A stretch of DNA of 64,000 bases from assembly GCA_016933025.1 (NCBI GenBank), contig JAFGBT010000039.1, forward strand, positions 731 through 64,730, in the 5' to 3' direction. The notes below the pieces were generated by a model. That model ran no database searches. It was given only the letters and a program-made list of their open reading frames with translations, and had not been told where the DNA came from. Of this stretch, positions 38,398 through 46,188 are shown in pieces. The DNA comes from Spirochaetota bacterium (GTDB lineage: Bacteria; Spirochaetota; UBA4802; UBA5550). Position 1 is the first letter of the stretch, and every line of letters starts with the position of its first letter. Both the position numbers and the translations under genes were made by a program.

Positions 38398-39297
38398 TCA
38401 TTGCTTGTTGATCATGCTTCTCACGTAATCCATATCAAGAGGGAGAATTGATGCGTTCTCGTCAAGGCGCAGCGCAAGCGCCCCGTTCTGGCACTTCTCA
38501 ACGCAGAGCTCGCATCCCTGACAGCGGCGTCCATCATGCAATGGCCCCTCCTCCCCCATGGTATTGGCGCCGAAATGACATGCCTCAACGCATGCGCCGC
38601 ACTTTTTGCATTTATTCCTGTCGCGAATGAGCGAGTAGCCTGATTTCTCCGACATATACAGAGTTCGGTCTATCTTCCTCGTCAGGGCCGAGGCCCTGAG
38701 CGCCACGCAGGTGTCCGGGTGACAGTTGCATATGATGCCGGTACTCCCGCCCGTGGCGACCTTGAAGAAGGCCTGTGTGATATACCCCTTTGCGCGGAAG
38801 GATCGTATCAGGTCGAGCGCCTCCTGCTGGGTGACACGGCGGGGGTGATACTTCTTGCAGCGGTCGAGCCAGAAGGCGCCGGTTCCGCTGCCCACGAAAA
38901 TGCACGAGTTGATGTTCTCCGGTTTGTCTCCGAGCGTTTTCTTGCAGGGGCAGTCCATTACCACAATGAACTCCGGATCGGTGAAGAGGATTGTACGGGC
39001 ATATCTGAAGGGGATTATTTTCCTGTTTTCTTCCGAATCCAGGTGTATGTTCTCGTGAAGCTCAAAGATCTTCCTGGCGTCGCCGGCCGATAAAACCTTG
39101 CAATGGTACCTGTTGAATATAAAGCGCCCGAGGTATGTCAGCGGCTTCAACCAGGTGAGATGCCACAGTGGCTTCAGGACGATGCTGACAAATTTCACAT
39201 AGGGATAATACCAGGCAAAGTAAAGGTAGTTGTGAAGCGCCCGGTCCAATCGCCAGCCATGTTTCTTCAATAAGCGCTTTGTCGAATCCCTCACCAC
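38398..39297 (-). CDS. 4Fe-4S dicluster-domain-containing protein (hypothetical).
   Basis: The C-terminal part holds CKKCGACVEAC and CQGCELCVEKC ferredoxin motifs. There are additional Cys clusters (CPCKK, CNCHPDTC). It is the last gene of a three-gene minus-strand operon. Confidence 0.5.
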   Translation of the reverse strand: MVRDSTKRLLKKHGWRLDRALHNYLYFAWYYPYVKFVSIVLKPLWHLTWLKPLTYLGRFIFNRYHCKVLSAGDARKIFELHENIHLDSEENRKIIPFRYARTILFTDPEFIVVMDCPCKKTLGDKPENINSCIFVGSGTGAFWLDRCKKYHPRRVTQQEALDLIRSFRAKGYITQAFFKVATGGSTGIICNCHPDTCVALRASALTRKIDRTLYMSEKSGYSLIRDRNKCKKCGACVEACHFGANTMGEEGPLHDGRRCQGCELCVEKCQNGALALRLDENASILPLDMDYVRSMINKQ

Positions 39298-39331
39298 CCA
39301 TCACCTTCTGTGTCGGCATTATGATGTTTTA

Positions 39332-40147
39332 TCAGTCGTCAAGCAGTGCCACGGCACGTATCCAGCCGGCGCTCGCGCCCTTTATCTTCACGGGAAAGCA
39401 GAAGAACGTGAATCCGACGGCGGGGAGCAAATCCAGGTTCGTGAGCTTTTCCATGTGGCAGTATCCCTTTTCAATTCCGGCGAAATGCCCCTCCCAGATA
39501 ATCGAGGAATTACCGGACTGCTTGAATTCGTTCGCGATGAGCGGCAATGGACGGTCCCAGCTCCAGGCGTCGGTTCCCACCACGCGCACCCTCCGGTCGC
39601 ACAGCCACAGGGTCGCCTCCCTCCCCATGCCGCATCCTTTGACCAGGTAATCAGGCTTCCCCCAGAATTTATCGGCGCCGGTGTTTACAAGTACGATATC
39701 GCCCTCGGTGACCGTATAACCGATCCGCACGAAAGCCTCCTCCATGTCCTTCGCTGTGACCAGATACCCGTCCGGGAAATGACGGAAGTCCAGCCTCACG
39801 CCGCGGCCCATGCACCACCGGAGCGGCACCTCGTCGATTGTGATGGCGCGCTTCCCGCCGTCCATGGTCGGGTAATAGTGCCACGGCGCGTCAAGGTGAG
39901 TGCCCGAGTGAGTGCTCAGGGAGACGAACTCCACCGCCCATCCCTTGCCTCCCGGAAGGTCCTTTTTCGTATCGATGTCGGGGAAAAAGAGCTTCATCTG
40001 TTCGGCCCCCGATTCGTGGCCGAGATACTGCACGCGGGGGATCATCATCGGGGGGTCCGAAGGGATGTCGTTTTCTATGGCGATGCTGCAGTCAATGAGT
40101 GTGGGCATGTTGCTCCTCCGCGAGTATACTAACGCCGGTAATGACAT
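39332..40147 (-). CDS. Putative cyclase-family protein (kynurenine-formamidase-like fold).
   Basis: HSGTHLDAPWHY matches the HxGTHxDAPxH metal-binding motif of the cyclase family. Length 271 aa. Confidence 0.65.
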   Translation of the reverse strand: MSLPALVYSRRSNMPTLIDCSIAIENDIPSDPPMMIPRVQYLGHESGAEQMKLFFPDIDTKKDLPGGKGWAVEFVSLSTHSGTHLDAPWHYYPTMDGGKRAITIDEVPLRWCMGRGVRLDFRHFPDGYLVTAKDMEEAFVRIGYTVTEGDIVLVNTGADKFWGKPDYLVKGCGMGREATLWLCDRRVRVVGTDAWSWDRPLPLIANEFKQSGNSSIIWEGHFAGIEKGYCHMEKLTNLDLLPAVGFTFFCFPVKIKGASAGWIRAVALLDD

Positions 40148-40176
40148 TCACGAGACCGCGTTTCAAGGCGGCATTC

Positions 40177-41346
40177 TCAGCCGATACCGTGAATAGGGAA
40201 TACGTTCTTTTTAATACTCGCGACCATGTCCCGGGCGTACTCGAAGCACCGATCCTTGGTGTTCCCCGATACCAGGTATGGCTGATCGCGCAGCGTCCCG
40301 GACTGCGACTCGGGACCGTACATCATCCCTCCGATGAGGCCGGCATAGGCGTCCACCGGCTCCAGGCCGCATACCGCGGCCCAGGCAAGGGTCCAGAGCG
40401 ACGCCGTCTTGTACATATTGTAACCGCCGCCGCCGGTGAGCAGCAGCCGTGGCGAAAGGGCGTTGATCGTCCTGACGGTCCGCTCGTACCCTATGCTGGT
40501 GAGGTTCAGGTGCCCCAGGAGGTCCTCCCGGTGCGTGTCGGCCCCGATCACGGCGACCACGATATCCGGGCGGAAGGCTTGAAGTATCGGCGGGACTACA
40601 GACTCAAAGGCGTACAGGTAGACCTCGTCATCGCTCGCTTCCATGATAGGGATATTGACGGTGTATCCCCTCCCCTCTCCCTCTCCGATATCCTCCACGA
40701 ACCCGGACCACGGATAAATGGACATACCCGATTCATGGATGGAAACGCAGAGCACGTCGCTGCGCCCGGCGAACGCGTCGCGAATGCCGTTTCCGAAGTG
40801 AACGTCGATATCGATGTAGGCCACCCGCCTGCCGCGCCCCGTCAGCCACTCGATAGCAACGGCAAGGTCATTTATGTAGCAGAATCCCTCGGCGTGTCCG
40901 GCTCCCGCGTGGTGAAAACCTCCGACCGGATTGAATACGACGCGCGGGCCGGCATCCTCCGCTATCATCATCGCGCCCCGGTGCGTGCCCCCGGCGGCAT
41001 GGAGACAGAAATCCCAGAGTCCCGGGAACACCGGGCAGTCCTCCGTGCCGAGGCCGGCCTCGAGCATTTTCATGGTAAACTCGCCCCGTTCCGAATTCCT
41101 GAGAATATCTATATACGCCCTGTCATGGAACAGATAAAGGAGTTCTTCGTCGATGGGCCCGGGGACAATGACGAGCTTGTCCGGCCCGTCGAGAAGGGAA
41201 TACCGGTTGAGGAGTTCCATCATCTGCCTGGCGCGCGACGGCTTGAAAGGATGGCCGTGTCCGAAATCATAGCTGGCGAGACGATCGGAATACACGAGCA
41301 CGTGGCGCAAGGCGCCGTCTTTATGTTCACTTGCTTCTGACATCAT
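40177..41346 (-). CDS. Histone-deacetylase-superfamily enzyme (AcuC / acetylpolyamine-amidohydrolase-like).
   Basis: It has the HDAC zinc-site block GGFHHAGAGHAEGFCYINDLA and the downstream DIDVHFGNG (DxDxHxGxG) signature. Length 389 aa. Confidence 0.7.
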   Translation of the reverse strand: MMSEASEHKDGALRHVLVYSDRLASYDFGHGHPFKPSRARQMMELLNRYSLLDGPDKLVIVPGPIDEELLYLFHDRAYIDILRNSERGEFTMKMLEAGLGTEDCPVFPGLWDFCLHAAGGTHRGAMMIAEDAGPRVVFNPVGGFHHAGAGHAEGFCYINDLAVAIEWLTGRGRRVAYIDIDVHFGNGIRDAFAGRSDVLCVSIHESGMSIYPWSGFVEDIGEGEGRGYTVNIPIMEASDDEVYLYAFESVVPPILQAFRPDIVVAVIGADTHREDLLGHLNLTSIGYERTVRTINALSPRLLLTGGGGYNMYKTASLWTLAWAAVCGLEPVDAYAGLIGGMMYGPESQSGTLRDQPYLVSGNTKDRCFEYARDMVASIKKNVFPIHGIG

Positions 41347-41414
41347 GAGGCACCATACGAATTGCGGAACAACAGTGCTTTGAAATTACAGAGCGACCGC
41401 AACGAGTACGCCGT

Positions 41415-42074
41415 TCAATCGCACTGCCTGCTCTTTTCGCCGGTAATGAACACGATCACTCCCGCATCCACGAGTTCCTCGAAGCCCGGGTTGTCTGCCT
41501 TCAGGGCAGATGCCGGCATTGCGCCGCTGCGGGACACGTCGAAATCGAACAACCGGTCCAGGTCAAGGATATACGAGAGGTGCACCCCCGCAAGCTTGTC
41601 CTCGATGAAGACTGACATGTTCGTTCTGTCGAGGGAGTAGGTCGCGAAATAGTGGCTCCTGGTATCGTCAAACAGCAATTCTATGCCCTTCGACGATAGA
41701 ACGCTCTTTGTTTCCTCGATATTTTCACTGTGAACGCGGAAGGATTCGCCGGAGACTTTTTTGCCCCCGCCCACGAGGTGGAGGCAGCGGATATCCTTAC
41801 GGTCAACTGCAAAATCCTCACGGTAATGATCGAGGATCTCGTCAATCTGCTGCAGGGCGCTTTTCTTGGCGATAATGCCATGGGGATGCTCGCGGGCGAT
41901 CATGATATGATTGGCGGAAACGACATACTCGCTGTTCCTGCCGATGAATACCGTTGATATGCAGGAGCCGAGTATCAGCGAGAGCGTCTGGCCGTTCCTG
42001 ATAAACCGGACCTGGTCCGGCGCGGGCATGACATACTTGTCCCGCGAATTGATGTTTTCAATACCAAGTTGCAT
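41415..42074 (-). CDS. CheD-like chemoreceptor glutamine deamidase homolog with a C-terminal extension.
   Basis: TLSLILGSCISTVF matches the CheD catalytic-Cys block (LGSCVAV). LHLVGGGKKV matches the GGAxMF block. The start MQLGIEN is internal to the ORF-track frame. Upstream of it the frame overlaps the START-domain gene, so I do not count that part as coding. Confidence 0.5.
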   Translation of the reverse strand: MQLGIENINSRDKYVMPAPDQVRFIRNGQTLSLILGSCISTVFIGRNSEYVVSANHIMIAREHPHGIIAKKSALQQIDEILDHYREDFAVDRKDIRCLHLVGGGKKVSGESFRVHSENIEETKSVLSSKGIELLFDDTRSHYFATYSLDRTNMSVFIEDKLAGVHLSYILDLDRLFDFDVSRSGAMPASALKADNPGFEELVDAGVIVFITGEKSRQCD

Positions 42075-42160
42075 GATGAATCTGCGACGATATGTCCAGT
42101 TTCCATACGTGACAGAATTTGTCAGTATTTTTTTATAATATACATCCGGAATATGCCGGC

Positions 42161-42814
42161 TTACTTCCCGCCGCTGTTCTGCTGGTCCCGCCAGAAAAAG
42201 CTCCGGTCGCGAATCTTCCGTAAAAAATCGGGGACACTCGACCGGTTGGCCAGGTTCGCGGCCCAGGGGGGGACCTGTCCGCCCGGATCGAAGCAGAGCC
42301 AGTAGGTTATGAACGACCTCTTCCCGCCGTCGCGGGGCTCTATCGTGAACCAGCCGTCGCACACCGACAGCCGGAGGACGCCCTTTTCCGGCGGAGGGCC
42401 GAAATCCCCCGCCACGGCCCAGACGAGCTTGTATTGCATCTTCTCCGGCCTGTTCATGCTCTCGTAGCGCAAAGTGTAATCCCTCTTCTTCATGAGCGGC
42501 GGAGCAACTTTCTGGTAATTGTACCAGACATTTTCATTGGCCGTCCGGTACACCGTGTCCACCTCAACGTACTTGTTGGAATCCCGGTATGTCTCCTTGT
42601 CCAGGAGGGCCTGCCACACGTTCCGCGGGGGTGACTCGATAGTATACGTCGATTTAACCTCCCGTATGGGCGAGTCCGTCACAATGCGAGTGTATATCAC
42701 GATGCCGTCTTTAGTCTGGTTGATCTTTTTCCATTCATCCGGCGACCGGTCTTCGGCCGGAATGGCCGCTGCAGAGCAGAAGACGACTATCAGGCCGCAT
42801 AATAACATTTTCAT
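42161..42814 (-). CDS. Secreted START/SRPBCC-superfamily ligand-binding protein.
   Basis: Signal peptide MKMLLCGLIVVFCSAAA. The ~190-aa mature domain has the composition and pattern (…W..L.D...Y..W…) of a START/Bet-v1-like fold. The call is tentative. Confidence 0.4.
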   Translation of the reverse strand: MKMLLCGLIVVFCSAAAIPAEDRSPDEWKKINQTKDGIVIYTRIVTDSPIREVKSTYTIESPPRNVWQALLDKETYRDSNKYVEVDTVYRTANENVWYNYQKVAPPLMKKRDYTLRYESMNRPEKMQYKLVWAVAGDFGPPPEKGVLRLSVCDGWFTIEPRDGGKRSFITYWLCFDPGGQVPPWAANLANRSSVPDFLRKIRDRSFFWRDQQNSGGK

Positions 42815-43062
42815 TGACGCCTCGCATGACTATCAGGGTAATTGCTAAATAAAAACCGGAATTCTCCCGGCGTCAAGCGAAAAGCGGCCGGGAGAACGGG
42901 CCCCGTAAGCGGCACCTTCCCGAGCAACCATCCGTATTTTGCTTGATTTTATGAGGAACGGTGCTATGCCTGATTCATGTCCCGGGCATAATACTGCGGC
43001 CCAAAGGGCGGGAACCGTCAGGGCTCTCCCCCCGCAGATATTCGACCACAGAGGAGACCGTA

Positions 43063-43752
43063 ATGAAAACGTACAGTTCCACAGTCACGGCAGCGATCCT
43101 ATCAGTCATTTTCGCCTTATCTGTCTCAGCACGTGCCCAGTTCATTACGGATGAGAACGAGGAACGGGGCCGAAAGACCATCGGAGAGCTTCGCGACGAG
43201 GGCTTGATGAAGCCGAAGGTTCGCCCCATAATCGGCATTGACGGCGGCGCCAGCGTGCGCGACGGCGCTGCCAGCGTCTCGACCATGCTCCAGATCGGCA
43301 TGCAGTATGACCGGTACATCGTTACAGCCGACCCGGTCTTCATCTACCTTAACGCGCAATCGCTCCAGGGGAAAAAAAACATGACGCGCTATTTCCTCAG
43401 GACAAAAACAAGCGGGCAGGTCTACGAGTTCGCGCTTCCCGTCAAATTCAACTACGTGATCCTCAACATGGAGAAATACCAGTACGCCCCCTATGTCTCT
43501 GCAGGCGCCGGATACAGCTTCCGAAGCTTCGCACTGGACGGCTCGTCGTTCATCAGCCATACAAGCCGGGCGTTCGATCTCCATTCGTTGACGCTGAATT
43601 TCGGGTTCGGCTTTTTAGTGAAAACCACCGCTGAGACGAAATTCAATGTGGGGATAAACGGGGTATCGTATTTTAACACCCGCTCGGGCATCTTCGATTA
43701 CGACACGACCGGCGCCTCGCTCCACTTCGGCATGATGGTTTTCATTCGGTAG
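43063..43752 (+). CDS. Secreted, probably outer-membrane, beta-rich protein (hypothetical).
   Basis: The start is the internal MKTYSSTVTAAILSVIFALSVSARAQ signal peptide. Alternating hydrophobic pattern. It ends …FGMMVFIR. Confidence 0.45.
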   Translation: MKTYSSTVTAAILSVIFALSVSARAQFITDENEERGRKTIGELRDEGLMKPKVRPIIGIDGGASVRDGAASVSTMLQIGMQYDRYIVTADPVFIYLNAQSLQGKKNMTRYFLRTKTSGQVYEFALPVKFNYVILNMEKYQYAPYVSAGAGYSFRSFALDGSSFISHTSRAFDLHSLTLNFGFGFLVKTTAETKFNVGINGVSYFNTRSGIFDYDTTGASLHFGMMVFIR

Positions 43753-43761
43753 GACGGCCCA

Positions 43762-44544
43762 TCAGCGGCACCCGGCGTCTATGCCGTTTACGTACACGGG
43801 GGCAAGCGAGCCCGCCATCTCCGACCCGCCGAACAGGCCCGCACGGGAAAATGCCGCCGGGTTTTCGCGATAGAGCGCATTCCACCTCGCGAGAAAAACA
43901 GAGGAAAGGGGACGATAGGACCAGTGCCACTTCTCCTCGTTGTACCCGGCCGTCCGCCCGGCGGTATACGGCTGGCAGAAACCGAACCTTCCCGCGTTGG
44001 CCTTCATCCAGGCACACAGGACCCTCCCCTCGCCGCTCTTAAAATACGCGTTGTTCAGAACATTGAGGTCGACGTCAGTGCCCCAGTGATGGCGCGACGT
44101 GCCCGGCATCGAAGAGTACTTCAGTATCTCGACCGCTCTCTTGAGCCGGTCCGGTATGGCCTTCGAGAGGTCGGCACCCATGACTTTCGTCACGCCGTTC
44201 CACTTGCCGTCCCATATGCGCTTCTGGTCGTCGTAGGTTCGGGTTGAACTCTGGACCCAGAATGGCGCCTTCGGGTGATCCTTGTGAAACGCGTCATAGA
44301 GCTTCTTCAGTTCAACCGCCGCCGCCCGGCGGAGATAATGCCGCCGCCCGCCTGTCGGGACCCCGACATCGGAAAGACTGACAAACGACTCATGCCGCGC
44401 CGGATTGAAGCGTCCGGTCAGGTAATCAGCCGGCGACACCGGGCCGAACAGTTGTGCGCCGTCATCAGCCGCCGCGCAGCCGAGGAGTGAGAGGGCGCAG
44501 AGAAACGACAGTGTGAATATTCGCAGCATTATGCCTCGCTTCAA
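43762..44544 (-). CDS. M15-family peptidoglycan D,D- or L,D-carboxypeptidase (VanY-like) lipoprotein.
   Basis: Signal peptide with lipobox (ALSLLGCAA). The M15 zinc-site block SRHHWGTDVD (SxHxxGxAxD) is present. Confidence 0.6.
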   Translation of the reverse strand: MKRGIMLRIFTLSFLCALSLLGCAAADDGAQLFGPVSPADYLTGRFNPARHESFVSLSDVGVPTGGRRHYLRRAAAVELKKLYDAFHKDHPKAPFWVQSSTRTYDDQKRIWDGKWNGVTKVMGADLSKAIPDRLKRAVEILKYSSMPGTSRHHWGTDVDLNVLNNAYFKSGEGRVLCAWMKANAGRFGFCQPYTAGRTAGYNEEKWHWSYRPLSSVFLARWNALYRENPAAFSRAGLFGGSEMAGSLAPVYVNGIDAGCR

Positions 44545-44623
44545 AGGCGCTGTCCCAAAAGTCGGTTGCAGCGCCCCCCAACCCCCCAGAGGGGGGCTTT
44601 AATAAAACAGATATGAGACCTTT

Positions 44624-44670
44624 TCCCCCTCTCCCTCTGGGAGTCAGCAGCTTGAACATCCGTGTACGCT
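44624..44670. repeat. Degenerate copy of the GC-rich hairpin repeat element (ccccctctccctctgggag…gtgtacg).
   Basis: Its 5' half matches the element found at 46095, 59183 and 60901. The 3' half is diverged. It sits in a cluster of G/C-tract hairpins between rodA and the M15 peptidase gene. Confidence 0.45.
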
Positions 44671-44760
44671 GCTGCATTCGTGACATCCTGCCACTCAGTG
44701 GCCGGGGGGAGCAAGTCCCCCTTCGGGGATTTAGGGGCTTCTTAGACAGCCCCTCCCGGA

Positions 44761-46080
44761 TCAGTAGACGAACTTCCTGGCCCGGATATTGAGGATAATG
44801 CCGATGCTGATCATCGACATGAGGAGATTCGACCCGCCGTACGACACGAAACAGAGCGGGAGCCCCGTTACCGGCATGATCCCCACCGCCATCCCGATGT
44901 TGACCAGGACATGGAAAAAGAAGATCGTCGTTATCCCGCTCGCGAGCAGCGCCCCGAACTTGTCCTTGGCCTCAAAGGCGGTCTGGATGCAGCGGAATAT
45001 GATAAACCCGAAAAGGGATATAAGGACTATTCCGCCGAACAGGCCCCACGCCTCGGCCACCACCGAGAATATGAAATCCGATGTCTTCTCCGGGAGGAAC
45101 CCGAGCTGGGATTGCGAGCCCTTGAGAAACCCCTTGCCGAAGAACCCGCCGGAACCGATGGCGATCTTCGATTGTATAATGTTGTAACCCGAACCCTGGG
45201 GGTCCAGATCGGGGTTCAGAAAAACGAGGATCCGCCTCTTCTGGTAGACCTTGAAGAGATTCTGGATCAGGACAGACGCCAGGAGGCCCAGTGACAGGAT
45301 TGCGCCCGGGATATAGATCTTCCGTAAAAATTTCTTCACCGAAAAGAAATGAAACATGAACGCTGCGATCGTGATCACGAGCAGGACGCTGGAGACGATC
45401 AGGATGAGGTTCACGTCCTTGAAAAAATCGAGGATGAAATTGGAACTCTCGGCGCCGATCCACTCGCGGTAGGTCAGGATCATGGGGACAACCATCGCGA
45501 TGGCGGCGATCAGTATGATGGATACCAGATGGGAGACATCCGCGCCGCCGACAAAAAGCATCGTCAGGAGGATCGGAATGAAAATAATGGCCGTTCCGAA
45601 GTCCGGCTGATTCAGGATGATAATGATCGGAATGAACGTCAGAATCGTCGGCACGATCAGCTCGCGGAGGCGGTTGATATCGCGCTCGCGGATCTCCAGG
45701 TACTTGGCCAGTATGATGACCAGGGCCAGCTTCATGAACTCCGAGGGCTGTATCGAAAAAACGCCGAAATTGAGCCAGGCCCTGGTGTTGCGCACCGGCG
45801 TCCCGAAGATAGTCGTAATTATCAGCAGCACCAGGACTACGATATATATATGAAGGGAAAACTCCCCCAGCGCCTGGTAGTTGATGATGGTCAGACCGAT
45901 CATTAAAATCAGCCCGAAAATGAACCACAGGATCTGCTTGCGATAAAGGCCGCTGTTCATCTTGTCTATCGGGTCAAAACCGGCGCTGTAGATCATCAGA
46001 ATGCCGATGGCCACGGCAACCATAACCGCGATGACCAGGAGATAGTCCATCCTGGTTAATCCTTCTTTATTGAAAAGCAT
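44761..46080 (-). CDS. rodA: Peptidoglycan glycosyltransferase RodA (SEDS family).
   Basis: About 10 TM helices. SEDS signature blocks are present (GFDP, NLQPSEFMKL, FIFSVVAEAWG). It is the last gene of the mreBCD-mrdA-rodA cluster. Confidence 0.85.
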   Translation of the reverse strand: MLFNKEGLTRMDYLLVIAVMVAVAIGILMIYSAGFDPIDKMNSGLYRKQILWFIFGLILMIGLTIINYQALGEFSLHIYIVVLVLLIITTIFGTPVRNTRAWLNFGVFSIQPSEFMKLALVIILAKYLEIRERDINRLRELIVPTILTFIPIIIILNQPDFGTAIIFIPILLTMLFVGGADVSHLVSIILIAAIAMVVPMILTYREWIGAESSNFILDFFKDVNLILIVSSVLLVITIAAFMFHFFSVKKFLRKIYIPGAILSLGLLASVLIQNLFKVYQKRRILVFLNPDLDPQGSGYNIIQSKIAIGSGGFFGKGFLKGSQSQLGFLPEKTSDFIFSVVAEAWGLFGGIVLISLFGFIIFRCIQTAFEAKDKFGALLASGITTIFFFHVLVNIGMAVGIMPVTGLPLCFVSYGGSNLLMSMISIGIILNIRARKFVY

Positions 46081-46094
46081 ATGTCCTCGTACAA

Positions 46095-46160
46095 TTACCG
46101 ACCCCCCTCACCCCCGCCCCCTCTCCCGCAGGAAGAGGGGCGAAGAGCGCCTGAGCGGTC
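46095..46160. repeat. GC-rich hairpin repeat element, reverse orientation, in the mrdA-rodA intergenic spacer.
   Basis: Its reverse complement reads gcccctcttcctgcgggagagggggcgggggtgaggggggtcggtaattgtacg. That aligns at ~85 % with the copy at 60901-60950, flanks included. Confidence 0.65.
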
Positions 46161-46188
46161 TCATAATCAATGCCTTACAGGCTAACAC

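Noticed and set aside
39455-41340. Plus-strand ORFs of 225 aa and 413 aa opposite the cyclase and HDAC genes.
   Set aside because: Antisense to genes with clear catalytic motifs.
42075-42362. The upstream 96 codons of the CheD-like ORF in the ORF track.
   Set aside because: The R/P-rich translation overlaps the 3' end of the START-domain gene on the same strand. The CheD homology begins at the internal Met.
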